Positions 40,079 to 53,772 of a stretch of 64,000 nucleotides of DNA are shown piece after piece (positions within the stretch are counted from its first letter, which is position 1; each line of letters begins with the position of its first letter). Origin of the DNA: Scenedesmus sp. PABB004 (Eukaryota). The DNA lies in NCBI GenBank assembly GCA_014905635.1, contig JABVCE010000010.1, forward strand, positions 744,001-808,000. Direction: 5' to 3'. Position numbers and translations under genes: made by a program. The notes below the pieces were generated by a model. It ran no database searches. It was not told the DNA's origin and saw only the letters and a program-made list of their open reading frames with translations.

Positions 40079-41861
40079 TCATGGCGTCGCGCGGTTGCGG
40101 CGGCTGCGGACGATGTCGCCGCCAGCCGGGGGGCCGCCGCCCTTGCCGCCGCTGCCGCCCTCACTGCCGCTGCCAGCGTCGCCGGTGCTCGCGGGCGCCC
40201 TGGCCTGGCTGCCGCGGCGGCTGCTGCCCGCCGTGGCCGCCGCCGGCCGCTTGGGCTGCCGCTCCTTGGTCGCCCGCGGCGCCGCGGCGCCCGCCGGCAG
40301 CCGCCGCGCCTGCGCCTCGGCGCCCGCGCGCCCCTCGCCCTCGTCCGTGGTGTCGCCGCCGCTGCTGCTGACGCAGAGCGTGTGCTGCCCGCCGTCCATG
40401 GTGATCGCGTCCCGCAGCGGCCCCAGCTGCAGGGCGCTCGGCTTGGCGGCGGCGGCGGCGCCGCCCGCCCGCACGCTCCAGCCGGCGCCCCAGGCGGCGA
40501 TGAGCAGCGCCTCGGCGCGGCCGTGGTCGCGCTTGCGGCTGCGCCGCGCGCGCGGGCGGGCGGGCGGCGTGCGTCGGCGGCGCGCGTTGGCGGCGCGCGT
40601 CGGCGGAGCAGCGCGGCAGCCGCAGGCGGGCGCGGGCGGGCGGCGCGCGGGGCGCGGGCGGCACGCGCCTGAGGATGTGGTCCTGCCGCTGCCCCGCGTG
40701 CGCGTAGAGCGCCGACGCGAGCGCGCGGCTGGCGTCCTTGTCGCGGCGGAGCAGGTCGAGGGCCTTCTTCCAGTGCTTGACGTGCACCGTGGCGACGTCA
40801 AACCCCAGCGCCGCGAGCAGGCCGGACCAGGCGCCCACGCTGTAGCCCTGGTTCAGCGTGGCGAGGCTGCCGTTGGTGGGGCGGATGCTCGCGACCTCGA
40901 GATACGCCCGCAGCAGCACCCGCCCGGGCGGGGGCTGCCCCGCGCGCGCCGCCGCCGCGTCGGCGTCCTCGGCCAGCAGCTGCCGCACGAGCGCGACCGC
41001 GCCCGGCACGTCCACGCGCCTGCGGCGGCGCCGGCGGCGGCGGCGGCGGTGTCGCGCGCGCGCGCGCGCCCGGCGGAGCGCCGCCGGCGCGGCGCGCGCC
41101 CGCCCTGCGCGGCTCACCGGCGAAAGCGCTGCGCGTCGGCCTTGCTCTTCTTGCGCAGCGGTATGCTCTCGACAGGCATGTCATACACCGTCACGCGCGC
41201 CGACTCGAGGTCCACAAACAGCTGCTCGGGGCCCTGCGACTGCGGCTGCGGCTGCTGCTCCGCGGCGGCGCCGCCGGGGCGCGGGCGGGGCGCGAGCGCG
41301 GCCGAGAGCACCGCGACCGCGCCGCCGGTGTCGGGGTCGATGCCCAGCAGCAGCACGCGGTCGGCCGCCGCCGCCGCCCCCGCCGGCTGCCGCTGCTCCG
41401 GCGGCGCCGCGTGCTGCTGCTGCTGCGGCTGCTGCGGCAGCGGCGCCGCGGCCGGGCGCGGCGGCGCGGCGGGCGGCCACGCGCGCAGGTCGCTGCCGGC
41501 CAGGCGCCGCCGGCCCGCGCCATGCGCGGGGCGCGCCGCCGCAGCCGCCTCGTCCTCCTCCACCGCCGGCGCCGCCGCCGCCACGATGGCGGCCCGGAGC
41601 GCGCGGCCGCGCCCGGCCGCGAGCGCCGGCACGCCGCGCCAGCTCGCCGCTGGGCGCGCGCCGCCGCCGCCGCCGCCGGGCGCCTGGTGCGAGGGCTCAC
41701 GGCCTGCGAGCGAGAGGCATAGGCAGGGAAGTCACAGGCGGGGCCGGCGGCGCACGGCCGCGGCGCCGCAGCGCAGGCGCCAACCGCTGCTGCCCTCGCC
41801 GTCTCGTCCCGGCCTCACCGAGCTGCCGCAAGCTCCCCCCGCCCGTTATGGTGCGAAGCAT
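40079..41861 (-). CDS. MOC1: RuvC-like organellar Holliday junction resolvase MOC1
   Basis: LGIDPDTGGAVAVL, VYDMP, RAYLE, GYSVGAWSGLLAALG, WKKALDL...KDASR..A..L, RKRDHGRAEALLIAAWG. First exon MLRTITGGGSLRQL splices in phase 1. Confidence 0.9.
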
Positions 41862-42245
41862 CGCTCCCGCCGTCTCTCGAGCGGGCGCAGCGCCGCCCGC
41901 TGCGCCCGTGCAGGCGTCGAGCGCCCTCAGCAGCGGCGCCGCGCTGCGCCGCATCGCATCCTGCTCGCGATTGTGGCGCGCTGGCGGGCGGCGGCGGTCG
42001 TCCCAGGCCCGGCCCAGGCTCGCAGGCCGCTGCCCGCGCGGCCCCAGCGCAAGCGCTCTCGGAGCGCGCAACCGCTCGCTGCTGCCTGCGAGCAGCTTGC
42101 GCGCGTGGCGGCAGGCGGCGGGCGCTGGGAACACGAGGCAACGGGCGCTGGGGCGGTGCCGCAGCATCACTCCGTTACACCAGCGAGCAACGCTTGCGCG
42201 CGAGGGGTCACAGAACCCTGGGCGTAGCTCAAACCGCCACCACCA

Positions 42246-45200
42246 TCACACGACGTCGTCGCCCGCCCACGCGTTGACGACGTGCACAAGCGGGTGGAAG
42301 CGCAGCGCGCCGTCCGCGCCCGCCGACAGCAGGCCCTCCGCGCACGCCTCGACCGCCGACACCGCCGCGGGCGCCGCGCCCGGCGGCCGCGCGCGCAGGA
42401 GCGGCCCCGCGTCGAGGCCGCCCGGCCCGGCGCCGCCGCCCGGGCCGGCGCCGCCCGCGCGGCCGCCGCCCACGACGCGCTCGAGCAGCCCCCGCCGCTC
42501 CGCGTAGTGGGCCATCGGCAGCGCCTGCAGCAGCGAGCCGCTGTGCGCGTTGAGCACCGCCACGCTGCCGTCGCGGCCGCCGACGGCCACGAGGTCGGCC
42601 AGCCACCCCGCGGACGGCGGGGCGCCGCCGCCGCTGCCGGCGGCGCCGCCGCCGCTGAGGCCGCCGCCGCCGCCGACGAGGGCGGGGTCCCAGCAGGCGA
42701 GGCACGTCACGCCGCCGCCGCCGGCGCCGCCGCCGGGCGCCGTCTCCCACAGCGGCCGCGCCTCGGCGAGCTGGCGCACGTCGTAGCCGCGCAGGCGGCC
42801 CGTGTCGTCGCCGACGACCAGCACCGCGCCGGGGCCGCCGCCGCCGGAGCCGCCCGCGGCGCCGGGGACGAGCGCGAGCGCGGTCGGCGTCGCGCCGCGC
42901 GGGCTCAGCACGCACGCGGCCGCGGCGGCGCTCGGCGGCGCGAGCGTGTCGACCAGCACCACCGCGCCGCCCTTGTCGCCGACGCCCGACACCAGCACCT
43001 GGCGGCGGTCAGGCGCGGACGCGGCCGCAGCGGCGGCGGGCGCGGCGGTCGGCGGCGGCGCCGCAGGCCGGCGGGCGGGCGGAGGGCGGACGGCGGCGGC
43101 GGCGCACCTGGCTGCCGGTGTCGCCCAGGAAGGCGAGCCCCGTGCCCGACCGCGCCAGGGCGTGGCCCACCCACTCGGCGTGGCCGAGGCCGTCGACGGC
43201 GCTGATAAAGTCCTGCCGCCACAGGCCCACCAGCCCGCCCTCGCCGACCGCGCCGAAGCGGCCGCCGCTGCGGCTGAAGCGCAGCGCAGCGGGCGCGCCC
43301 CAGTGCGGCGTCGTGACCGCGTCGTGCAGCGCGGCGCGCTTCGGCGACGCCTGCACCTGCGCGGCGGCGGCGGCCACCGCGCGGCGCGCGGGCGGCGGCG
43401 CCGGTGAGCGCGCGGCGGCGGCGGGCGTGCGGCGGTGCGGCGCCGCCCGCAGCCGCGCGGCCAGCAGGCGCGCCTGGCTGCTGGTGCTGGGCACGTAGGC
43501 GGCCTTGCACATGGGCTCCCCGTACTGCCAGAGGTAGATGCGCCCCGTGGCGCTGCCGCTGGCGTAGAGGGGGCGGGTCGGGTGCGGCGCGAGCGCCGCC
43601 GCCGCGACGTGCGCCATGCCCGCGCTGCCAAAGCTGTGGCTGCGCCGGTTGGGGAACTCGCCGACGACCCAGGGGTCGGGCGGCCAGCGCAGCGTCTCAA
43701 GCATCTGGGACATTAACCCCGACAGGCTGCCCGAGGAGGCGGACGAGGCCGCCGGCGCCGCGGCGGCGCCGAGGCCGGCGGCGGCGCCGCCGCCGCTGCC
43801 CGACACGCGCGCCCGCCGCGGCGAGGCCCGGCCCGCGGCGGCCGCGGCGGCGGCGACGTGGTCGAGCAGGTTTGACGGCGCGCGCAGCTCGGCGGCGAGG
43901 ATGCCGGCGCCGCGCGAGGCGAAGACGAGCGGGCGCGGCCGCCCGCCCGCGGCGGCGCTGCCGGGCTGGTGCATGCCGCCGCGCCCGGCCGGCGGGCTGC
44001 CGGGCGCGCCGCCGCGCTCCGGCGGAGGCGGCAGCACGCAGCACGAGTACTGAGTGCCGGCGCAGGGCGCGACCGCGCGCAGCTTGTCGCCGTCCTGGCG
44101 CGCGAGCTCCCACGACAGCCCCAGCACGCGCGGCGCGGCGGCCTGCTCCTGCTGCCGCGCGGCAGCGCCGCCGCCGCCGCCGCCGCCGCCGACGCCGCCG
44201 TCCTCCAGCACGGCGCCGAGGCCGCGCGGGCTGGCCGCGCTGCCGCGGCCGGGTCGCGCGGCGCCCGCCGCCCGCGGCGTGCCGTCGGCGGAGCCCGTGC
44301 CGCCCGCGGGCAGCGTGGCGCTGGCGGCGCGGCTGAGGCCGCCGCCGGCAGCGCTCGGCCGCGGGCTGGCCACCACGCCGCTGGCGGTACGGGAGAGGCA
44401 GATGGCCATCAGCGCGTCCGGCCCCGCCGCTGCCGCGGCAGCCGCCGGGTCGAGCGCGGCGCCGTCGCTGCCGGGCGCGTGGCCCGCCAGGCTGCACCAC
44501 GCCGCCGCCGGCGGCGCGGCCGGCAGCGCGACCAGCGGGCGCAGCGCAAACGCGTGCCGCGCGAGCGCCGCCGCCGCGGCCGCGGGGTCGGCCTGCAGGC
44601 CCAGGCGCTGCAGCAGCGGCAGGTGGCGCTCCACCGTCGCCTGCCAGCGCGGCACGTCCACCGCGGCCGCGCCGGCGGCAGGGCCGTCGTCAGGCGGCAG
44701 CTCGAGCGCCAGCACCGCCGCCGCGAGGCGGGCGTGCCACATCAAGCTGAGCAGCCCCTCCAGCACGCCTTCCCCGCTGCTGCAGGGGTCGCCCAGCGCG
44801 TCGGCGACCGCGAGCGCCTCGGCGGCCGCCCAGGGCATGCCGGCGACCTCGGCGCAGCGCGCCACGCGCAGCGCGAGGCCGTGCAGCGCGGGCACGAGGC
44901 TGCCCGTCACGGGCCGCCCCGCGAGCTGGCCCAGCCCCGCGTGCAGCACCCAGTGCAGCACGAGCGGCAGCTCCGCCAGCAGCGCCGGCGTGGGCGCGTG
45001 GTGCGCGTGGTGGTGCGGCGGCCGCGCCGGGGCCCGGGGCAGGCCGGGCGGCCCCGGGCTGCCCGGCGCGCTGCCCGGCGCGTCGGCGCCGCAGTCGCAG
45101 TCGCCGCCGCCGCGCACCTCCAGCCCCGCTGCGGCGGCCGACAGGCGCGTGAGCAGCACGCTCACGGCGCCGCTGCCGTCGCGGCCGCGCACCCACGCCG

Positions 45201-45573
45201 TCAGCGCGGCCGCGGCGGGGTCGGCGTCCGCCTCTGCCAGCAGCAGCAGCTCCTCGTCCACCAGCCGCCGCTGCAGCGGTCCGCCCGTCGTCGCGCCCGC
45301 CGCGCCCGCCGCGGCGCCGCCGGGCGCGGCGCCCAGCGCGGCCATGGCGGCGCTGATGGGCCCGGCGCCCGCGCCCGCCGCAGCGTGCGGCGCGGGCGGC
45401 CGGGCCGCCGCGGCCGCGGCCGCAGCCGCCGCCGCGGGCTCGCCCGGCTGCGCCGCGGCGAGGTCGAGCAGCCGCGCCACGAGCAGCGCCAGCTGCGGGT
45501 CGCCCGCGTCGCGCGCGAGCACCGACACCGCGTCCCAGCCCGCGCCCGCGAGCACGAAAAACGCTGCGCAACA

Positions 45574-45606
<33 letters not shown>

Positions 45607-48600
45607 TGAGCGCATGAGCGCCGTGGCTGGAGCTGGCGAGAGAGAGCGCGCGCGCATGCGCGCGGCGCGCACCCGCGGCGAGGGTGTGGCGGTGCTGGCC
45701 GAGCAGGTGGAACGCATTCTTGCTCGCCGCGGCGCGGCCGTCCGGGGTGGTGAAGTCGCGCGCCAGGAAGTCGGCGACCTGCGGCGGCGGAGGGGCCGCG
45801 GGCGGCGTTGCGGCGCGCGGCGGCGCGGCGCGCGCTCGGCTGGCGCCGGCGGCTCGCCGCGCGCGGCCTGGCCCCCTAAACCGCAGCTGAGCTGCACCTT
45901 TTTGTTGCCGGACGACCGGAAGAGCCCCTGGAGGACGCCCTTCTTGCCGAGGGCCGCGTACAGCAGCGCCGGCGCGTGCGCGTCCCGCGAGGCCGCGTAC
46001 TGCGCGCGCGCGAGCGCCTCCGCCGTCGCCAGCAGCGCCGCCGGCTGCGTCAGCCAGAAGCCGGCGCCCAGCGCGCGCAGCTTGGCCCACGAAACCGCTG
46101 CTCGGCGCGGGGCGCGCGCGGCGACGCGCGCGGCGGCGCGGGCGGCAGGCGGCGCTGAGTGGGGCGCGCCGCGCGGCCGAGCGCGCGCAGCGAGGCAGGC
46201 GCCGCAGCGCGCCGCGCCGCTCACGTTGCTGCTGCTGCTGCCCGACGGCCGCAAAGCCGCCGGCGCCGCCGCCGGGCTTGGCGCCCGGCGGCTGCGCCGC
46301 GGCGGCGTCGCTCCCCGCGCCGCCGGCGCCGCCGGCCGCGTGCAGCTGCGCCTCCAGCGCGTCGGGGACGAGCGGCAGCAGCACGTCCAGCAGGGCGCCC
46401 TGGCAGCCGCACGACGCGGCCCACAGGCAGTGCAGCGGGCTCACGCCCGGCAGGAGGCCCACAAACGCGGCCCAGCTCGCCGCACGCGCGCCGGCGGGCG
46501 CCGCGCTGGCGCCCGGCTCGCCGCCGTCGGCGCCTTCTTTGAGGGAGCTGAAGGAGAGCATGCTCGCCACGCTCAGGCTGCTGCGCATTGACACGGGCGC
46601 GAGGCCACGGCTGCTGCCGCTGCGCGAGCCAAGGCGCGCGCCGAGCGAGCCCTGCAGCTGCTGCAGCCGCCCCGGCGACAGCGGCGGCGTCGCCTTGCTG
46701 AGCGCCACCACGCCCACGCCGCCGGCGCCGGCGCGGCCGCCGCGCTCGGCCGCGGCGGCCGCGGCGGCCGCGGCCGCGCCCGGCGCCGGCGACGTCGGCG
46801 GCAGCGGGGCCGCCGGGTAGTGTGCCAGCAGCGCCGAGCCGCGGCTGCCCACCGCGGCGGCGCTGCGGCTGACGCTGACCGGCTGGAACAGCCGGCTCAC
46901 GGCCGCGGCGAAGCGGCGGTCGCGCGCGTCGCGCCCGCCGCCGGCCGCGGCCGCGCCGGCGCCCGCGCCGCGCGCGGCGGCTGCGAGCTGCAGCAGCGCG
47001 AGGTGCGCGCTGACGGCGAACAGCCGCCCCGCGGCGTCGAGCTCCGGGAAGAGCGACGCGCCAAACGCGGCGTCCCCGGCGGCGAGCGCCGCGAGCGGCA
47101 CGCCCTTTGTGCCGCCGCCCCCGGCGCGGCGCCGCCCGCGCCGGCGCCCGACCAGCGCCGGCTGGACGGGAGCGAGGAGTCGGAGCCGCCGGGCGCGCCG
47201 CCCGCGGCCCAGCTGGCCGCGAGCGCAGCGGCGCTGGCCGGCGCGCCCGTCGGGGCGAAGCTCGCGCCGACGCCGGCGTCCTCTTCCGCGTCCGCGTCGG
47301 GCCCGTCCTGGCCCAGAAAGGTGCGCGTGCAGAGCGCCGCCGCGATGTGGGCCAGGCGGCGCGCCTCGCCCGGCGACAGGCCCAGCGCGCGCAGCGCGTC
47401 CGCGTCCGCATCGCAGCCGAGCGCCGCGCCGGCGCCCCGCCGCCGCCGGCGTCGCCGGCGTCGTCGTCGGCCTGCCGCGCGAAGCGGCTCCCGCTGGCGG
47501 CGTGGTAGCCATCCTTGCCGGCCTCCGCCGCGCCGGCGGCGCCCAGCAGGCGCGCATAGTAGGCCTGGCTGCTGCTGCCCGCGCTGCCCGCGCGGTCTCC
47601 GTCGGCGCCGGCGCTCAGCTTGGTCGGCGCCAGGCCCAGCAGGCGGTGCAGCTCTCGAACCTCGCCGCGGCTCAGCAGCGCCTCGCGCGCTGCGGCGGCG
47701 TCCGCGGCCGCCTGCGCCGCCGCCGCGAGCGCCTGCTGCTTGGCGCGCGGCGGCGGGCGCGGGAACGGCACGGCCGTCTGCGCCAGCAGGTGGGGTCCAA
47801 GCCGCGCACGCGCGCCGCGTCAAACGCCGGCGCTGCGTCCGGCGCCCACTGCTCCGCCGGCGGCTGCTGCTGCTGCTGCTCCGCCGGCTGCTGCTGCTCC
47901 TCCGCAGGCGGCGGCTGCTCCTGCACAGGCGGCGGCGGCGCGTCCCAGTCGTCGTCGTCGCCGCCGCCCGCGCCAAAGCCGCCAAAGCCGCCAAAGGCAG
48001 ACATATCCAGCATGCCGGTCTCCAGCGCGCTCTGCGCCGGCGGCTGCTGCTGCGGCGGCTGCTGCTGCTGCTGCGACTGCTGCTGGTCCTGCGACTGCTG
48101 CTCCTGCTGCTGCTCCGGCGCCGACGGCTCCTGAGCCTCGGCCGGCGGCGGCGCGTCCCAGTCGTCGTCGTCGCCGCCCATGCCGCCAAAGCCGCCAAAG
48201 GCAGACATGTCCAGCATGCCGGTCTCCAACGCGCCGCCGCCGGCAGCAGGCGTCGTGGGCGCCGGCTTGCTGCGCAGCCCTGGCTCGGGCGTGCGGAGCG
48301 CCAGGGCCACGGCGCCGCCCGGCGCCGCCGCTGCGGCGGGCGCCTGCTGCGCCGCAGGCGGCGCAGTTGCGCCGTTGGCAGCCGCGGCGGCGCCGTCCGG
48401 GCTGCCCACGGCGCAGCCGAGGGCGGCAGCCACGACGGCGTTGCGGAACGAGCAGCAGCGTCCCACCGCGTCTGCGACCTCCGCCAGGCCACCGCTGGCC
48501 TCGCTGCTCAGCAGCGCGTCCAGCGGCACGGCGCCGGGCCGCGGCTGCCCCGCCGCCGAGCCTGCCGTGCCCGCTGCCGCTGCGGCCACCGCGCCGTCGT

Positions 48601-50792
48601 CGCCCTCCTCGCCCTTGGCCCGCCGCAGCAGCGCGAGCAGGCAGCGCAGCACGCGCGCCGCGGCCGCCAGCTTGCCCTGCCCCAGCAGCAGGGACAGCAC
48701 GTTGGGGTGATATAGCGGCAGGCTGCTGCTCCCCGCCGCCGCAGCGAGGGCCGCGTGCGTGGCGAGCGGCTGGTCGGGGGCGCCAGCAGCGCGCCGCGCG
48801 CGGGCCCGCCCGCCACGCGCAGGGCGAGGCCCGGCGCGCTCTGCCACGCCGGCGCCTGCTGGCCGAGCGCCGCTGCCAGGCCGCCGGTCGACGCGGCGCC
48901 GGCGCCGGTCGCGAGGCTGTCGCCGCTGCCGCCAGCGCTGGCGCCGCCCGCCCGGGCCGCGGCCGCGGCCGCGAGGTTTGAGAGCAGCAGCAGCTGGCTG
49001 CCGGCGAGCAGCAGCGGCAGGCCGAGGCGGCTGGCGGCGATGTGGCTGACTGCGCGGCCCGCCTGGTAGCAGGCGAGCGTGCTCCACTGACCGCTGCGTC
49101 GGCGGGCGGGCGAGGCGCGGCGGCGCGGCGGCGACGCCGCGTTGGCAGTCAGTGCGGCCCTTGTGCGCGGCCCCGCCGCGCGTCCGCGCCCCTGCCCCGC
49201 GCGCTGCGCCGCGCCGACCTGTGGTCGCGGGAGTACAGCTCGACCAGCCCCGACGCGTAGCCGACCGCCAGCAGCGGCGGCAGCCCGCCCGTGTCGAGCC
49301 ACGCGAGGCTCGCCGCGGTGTCCTCGACCGGGAGCAGGCAGTCCAGCAGGAACGCGGGCCGGCTCGCGCCGCTGGAGGCGCCGCCGCCGGCGCCGCCCGC
49401 GCTGCTGGCGCCGCCGCGCGCCAGTGGCGGGCGCGGCGTGCTGCGGCCGCCGGCGCCGCGCGGCTGGCTGCTGTGTGTGGAGCCCTCGGCGCACCAGATG
49501 AACACAGCGTCCTCCAGCTCAGACTGGCGCGCGCGTGCAGGCGGCGGACGGTGAGCGGCGGCGTGCGGCGCAGCAGGGGCGCGCGGAGCGCGCACACGCG
49601 GAGCCGGCACGCGCCCGCCGTGCGCAGCCGCCGCCGCCGCCGCCGCCAGCGCACCTGCCCGCAGGTGATGGCGGCGGCCGCGTAGCCGGCGGACGTGCAG
49701 AGCGCCACCGCCACGCAGATGCCGCCGAGGGAGACGCCGCCCACGTCGCAGCCGCTGGCCTGCACCAGCTGCAGCTCGGGGCCGGGCCCCGCGCCCGTCG
49801 CGGCGGCCACCGCCGCCGGCGCGCCCAGGCCGCGCTCGGCCCCGGCCGGGGCCTGCAGCGCGCCGGGGTCGGGCGACGCGACCTGCCAGAAGAGCAGCAG
49901 GCCCGCGGCGTTGCCTGTGACGACAAAGGGGCTGGCGGGGCTGGGGCAGTGCAGGCAGGAGGTGGCCGACAGGAGGTCCTCCTCCAGCTCTGCCGCCCCG
50001 CCGCCGCCGCCGTCGGTGCTCGCGCCCGCCCGGCTGCGCCGGCCGCCGAGCCAGCTGCCGCACACGCCAGCAGCGGCCGCCGCCGCGACGGCGCCGGCCG
50101 CGGGCGACGCGCGTGGCTGCGAGGCCAGCAGCTGCCAGCGCGCGCCGCCGGGCGCCGCCGCGGAGGCCGCGCCCTCTGCGCTGCCCGCGCCTGCTGGGTC
50201 GTCGGCAGCTGCCAGCTGCAGCTGCACGCTCCAGGCCACCCACACGTCCGGCCCGCCGTCAAACTCCGACGCATCTGACACGCGCGCCGCGCCCGGCTGC
50301 ACCGCCGCCGCGCCGTCACCGCCGCTGCCAAGGCCCAGCAGCACTGCCTGCAGCGCCAGCGGGGCGCCGCCGCCGCCTGCCGGCGCGGGCGACGCGCACA
50401 CCTCGGACAGCTGCTTCAGCGCCGACACGCCTGCCGGCAGCGGCAGGTGCGCGAGCACCTGCACGCCGGCAACGTGCGCGCTGGCCTCGCCGCCGCCGCC
50501 GCTGCTGAGCGTGACGAGGCAGAGGTCCACCCCGCCAGCGCCGTGTGCGGCCAGCAGCAACGGCAGCCCGGGCGCGCCGGCCGCGGCTGCGCCTGCAGCC
50601 GCCGCGGCGCCGCCAAAGGTGAGCCAGCAGCAGGCGCGGCACGCGTCCCAGCTCGCCGGCAGCAGCTGCTCCCCCGCCTGCGCCTGCAGGCGCAGCGGCA
50701 GCAGCGCCACCGGCGCAAGGCCCCACAGCGCCAGCGCGCCGCGGCTGCCGACCGTCGCCGCCAGGTCGGCGGCGGGGTGCACGCTCAGCTGC

Positions 50793-50861
<69 letters not shown>

Positions 50862-53555
50862 TGTCGGCGCGCAGGCGGCCGCGTGGCCGCGCCGTCAGCG
50901 GCGGGCGCGGCCGCCCCCGTCCGCGCACCTGCGTCCAATCGTCGGCGCCGTCTGCGCAGTGCACGCGGCTGTGCTTGGGTCCGACCGCGATGGCCGACGA
51001 GGCCTGGCCCGCCTCGTTGAAGCCGGTGAGCGGCGTGACCTGGAAGCACCGCGCCTCGCTCACCCCGCCGTCACCGCACGGCGCGCCCGGCGGCGGCGGC
51101 GCGTGGAACTGCTGCGCCGCCGACAGCAGCGGCCCCGCGCCGCTCTCGACCGCCCACACGTCGAGGGTGAGGCGCGGCGCGCCGCGGCGGCCGCCGCCGG
51201 CCCCGCCGTCGCTGGCCGCCGCCGCCGCCGCGAGCAGCGCGGCGGGGCGCTGCCAGCGCAGCGCCTCTGCGTCGCGGCCCCAGCACCAGACCTTTGGCTG
51301 CGTGACCTTGTGTGCCATGATCGCGTTCTGTGCGATGCCGGACAGCACCACGCCAGCGAGGCCGTCAATGCCCCACAGATACACGTGGTCCGCCGCGCCG
51401 CCGCCGCCCTGCTGCCCGCCCGCCAGCTCGCACTGGCGGGCGGCGGCGGCGGCGGCTGCGGCGGCGGCGGCCGGCTCCGTGCCGGAGAGCGCCGCCGCGA
51501 GCGGCGGCGGGCTGGCCGCCGCCGGCGGGCCGACGTAGCTGCCGAGGAGCCAGAGCATCGCTGACGCGTCCGGCGGCGGCTGCGGCGCGAGCGGGCGCGC
51601 CCACGCGGCCGTGAGGCCGGGGCGCAGGCCCGCCGCCGGCCCGAGCCCCGGCGGATCGATCACAAGCGTTAGGCAGAACTGCGACATGCTGCCGCCGCGC
51701 GCTGCTGCTGCTGCCGCCGCCGCCGCCGCCGCGGCTGCGCCACCGCCGCTGCCGGTCGGCGCCGCGGGGCTGCCCGGCGCCGCCGCGGCGGGCGCCGCGG
51801 GGCCCGCGCCGGGCTCCGCGCCGCCGCCGCTGGGCGTGGGGGCGCGGGCCGATGTCAGAGAGCACCACCTCCACAAAGATGCGGATCACGCCGTCCGCCC
51901 CGACCGTCATCAGCGCCGGCTGCGCCTCGCCGTCGCCGTCGCCGCCGGCGCCGCGCCGCCGCCCGCGCTGCTGGCGCGGCCGGGCACCGCAAGCGGCGGG
52001 CTCCACTGCAGCTGCACCGCCGCGACAGGGTGCCGGATCACCTCCGCGCCGACGCGGTACGCGCGGGGGGCCTTGGGGTCGGCGGCGGGCCACCAGACGA
52101 TCACGCGCTGCGCGTTGTCCGCCGGCACGCTCGCGCTCGGCCGCAGCGGCCCCGCGCCGGCGGCGATGAGCGCGTGCGCCGCGTCGGCGTGCGCGCGCCA
52201 CAGCTCCCGCACCGACCAGCCGCCCTGCCGCCCGTCGCGCTGCACCCCCTGCTGCTGCTGCTCCGCGTCGTCGCCCAGAGCCGGGGCGCCGCTGCTGCTC
52301 TCGCCGCCGCCGCCGGCGGCGGCGTCCGCGCCCTGAGATATGCAGGCAGGCAGCGGCGCGCCGCGTGAGGCCTGGTCGGTCGCCGCTGCCGCCCCGGCAC
52401 CCCCCTCCAGCATCCCAGCACTCACCTGCTGCTGCTGCTGCTGGCGCTGCCGCTGCCTGCTGACGCGAAGCATGATGACGTGCCCGCTGGCGTCGCTCAG
52501 CAGCAGCCCGCGCGCGTCGTACGTCCACGCCACGTCCAGCAGCGGCGCGGGCGCGCGGTAGCACTGCAGCGTGGTGCACGCGACGCTGGGGTGCTGCAGC
52601 AGCCCCGGCTGCGCCGCCGCGTCGCGTGCGGCGAGCGCGGCCAGCTCCGCGAGCCCCAGCGGCGGCGGCGGCGGCGGCGGCAGCGCCGCTGCGGCGCCGC
52701 GCGGGCTCGTGGGCGCGGGGACCGCGATGCCTGGCAGGTGGTGCGGGTGCGCGCCGTGCCACGCCGCCGCAGCCGCGCCGCGCGCCGCGGCCGCCGCGCC
52801 GGCCGCGTCGTGCTGCGCCGCCGCGAGCGACGCGAGGAAGGGGGCGAGGGAGATGACGCTGACGTCCTGCCGGCTCGCCGCGGCGAGCAGCGCACGCGGG
52901 CCGCCGCCCCAGGCAAGCCGGGTGATGGGCTCCTCATAGTGGTTGGCCGCCTCGTTGATCAGCAGCACGGTGCGGAACGCCGGCCGCTGCCCGCTGCCGC
53001 GCTCGCCGCCGCCCGCCGGCAGCTGCTGCGCCGCCGCCGCGCCCGGCGGCGCCGCCGCGCCCGGTGGCGCAGCGGCCGGCTCGAAGGGCTGCAGCCGGCT
53101 GGGGGCCTGCGGGCGCGGCGGCGCGCGCAGCGTGGCGGCGGGGCGGTTGGCGGCGCGCGGGGACGGCGGCGCGGTCGCCGCGCCGTGGCCGCAGCACAGG
53201 GGTAGCCTGCCCGGCCGCCTGCTGGCTGCCTGCACGCCGCTGCGTGCGGTGCTGCAGCGCCGGCCCCGGAACGCCGCCCCACGCCGGCGCGGCGGCGCCG
53301 CCAACAATGGCGCTGCTCCGCGCGCGGCGGCGCCGCCGCGGCCCGCCACGCCGGCTGCGGCTCGGTTCTGATGCCGCGACAGTCACTTGTGAGCTGCCGC
53401 ACCTGCTGCACCACGATCGTGCCGCCCTCGAGCGCGAAGGCGCAGAACACGAGGTGGGGCAGGCCGTCGACATGAAAAATGGCCTGGTTGCTACTGGCGG
53501 GGCTCTCGCTGCGGCTGAACACGCAGAGGGCCCCCGGATGATGTGCTGCCGCCAT
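42246..53555 (-). CDS. RAV1: RAVE subunit Rav1 / DmX-like (Rabconnectin-3 alpha) WD40 protein
   Basis: N- and C-terminal WD40 blades; LPLYHPNVL..LL..GK; Rav1p_C motifs SWAKLRALGAGFWL...ARAQY...ALLYAALGKKGVLQGLFR, DFLARDF...AASKNAFHLLGQHR...AFFVLAG...DPQLALLVARL. Several apparent small frameshifts. Confidence 0.9.
50794..50860. repeat. (GGC)n trinucleotide microsatellite in a RAV1 intron
   Basis: About 22 perfect GGC units. A shorter one lies at about 55065-55106. Confidence 0.95.
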
Positions 53556-53772
53556 CCTGACGGGAGCAGGCGCTGCAGGGGCCTGCTCACGCCAGGCAGC
53601 AGGGGCCAAAGTCACGGCATCTCGCCGCTGCTCCGCGCACGCGGCGCCAGCTGCAAAGGCATTCTGAGGCCGTCCACGCGGCTGGACTGGCTGCCGAGGG
53701 GCTGCCTGCCTGTCCGGCGGCGGGGATGGGGCTTTGCGCGGGGCGAGCCCTGGTTGCCGGGCGCGCGTGCGC

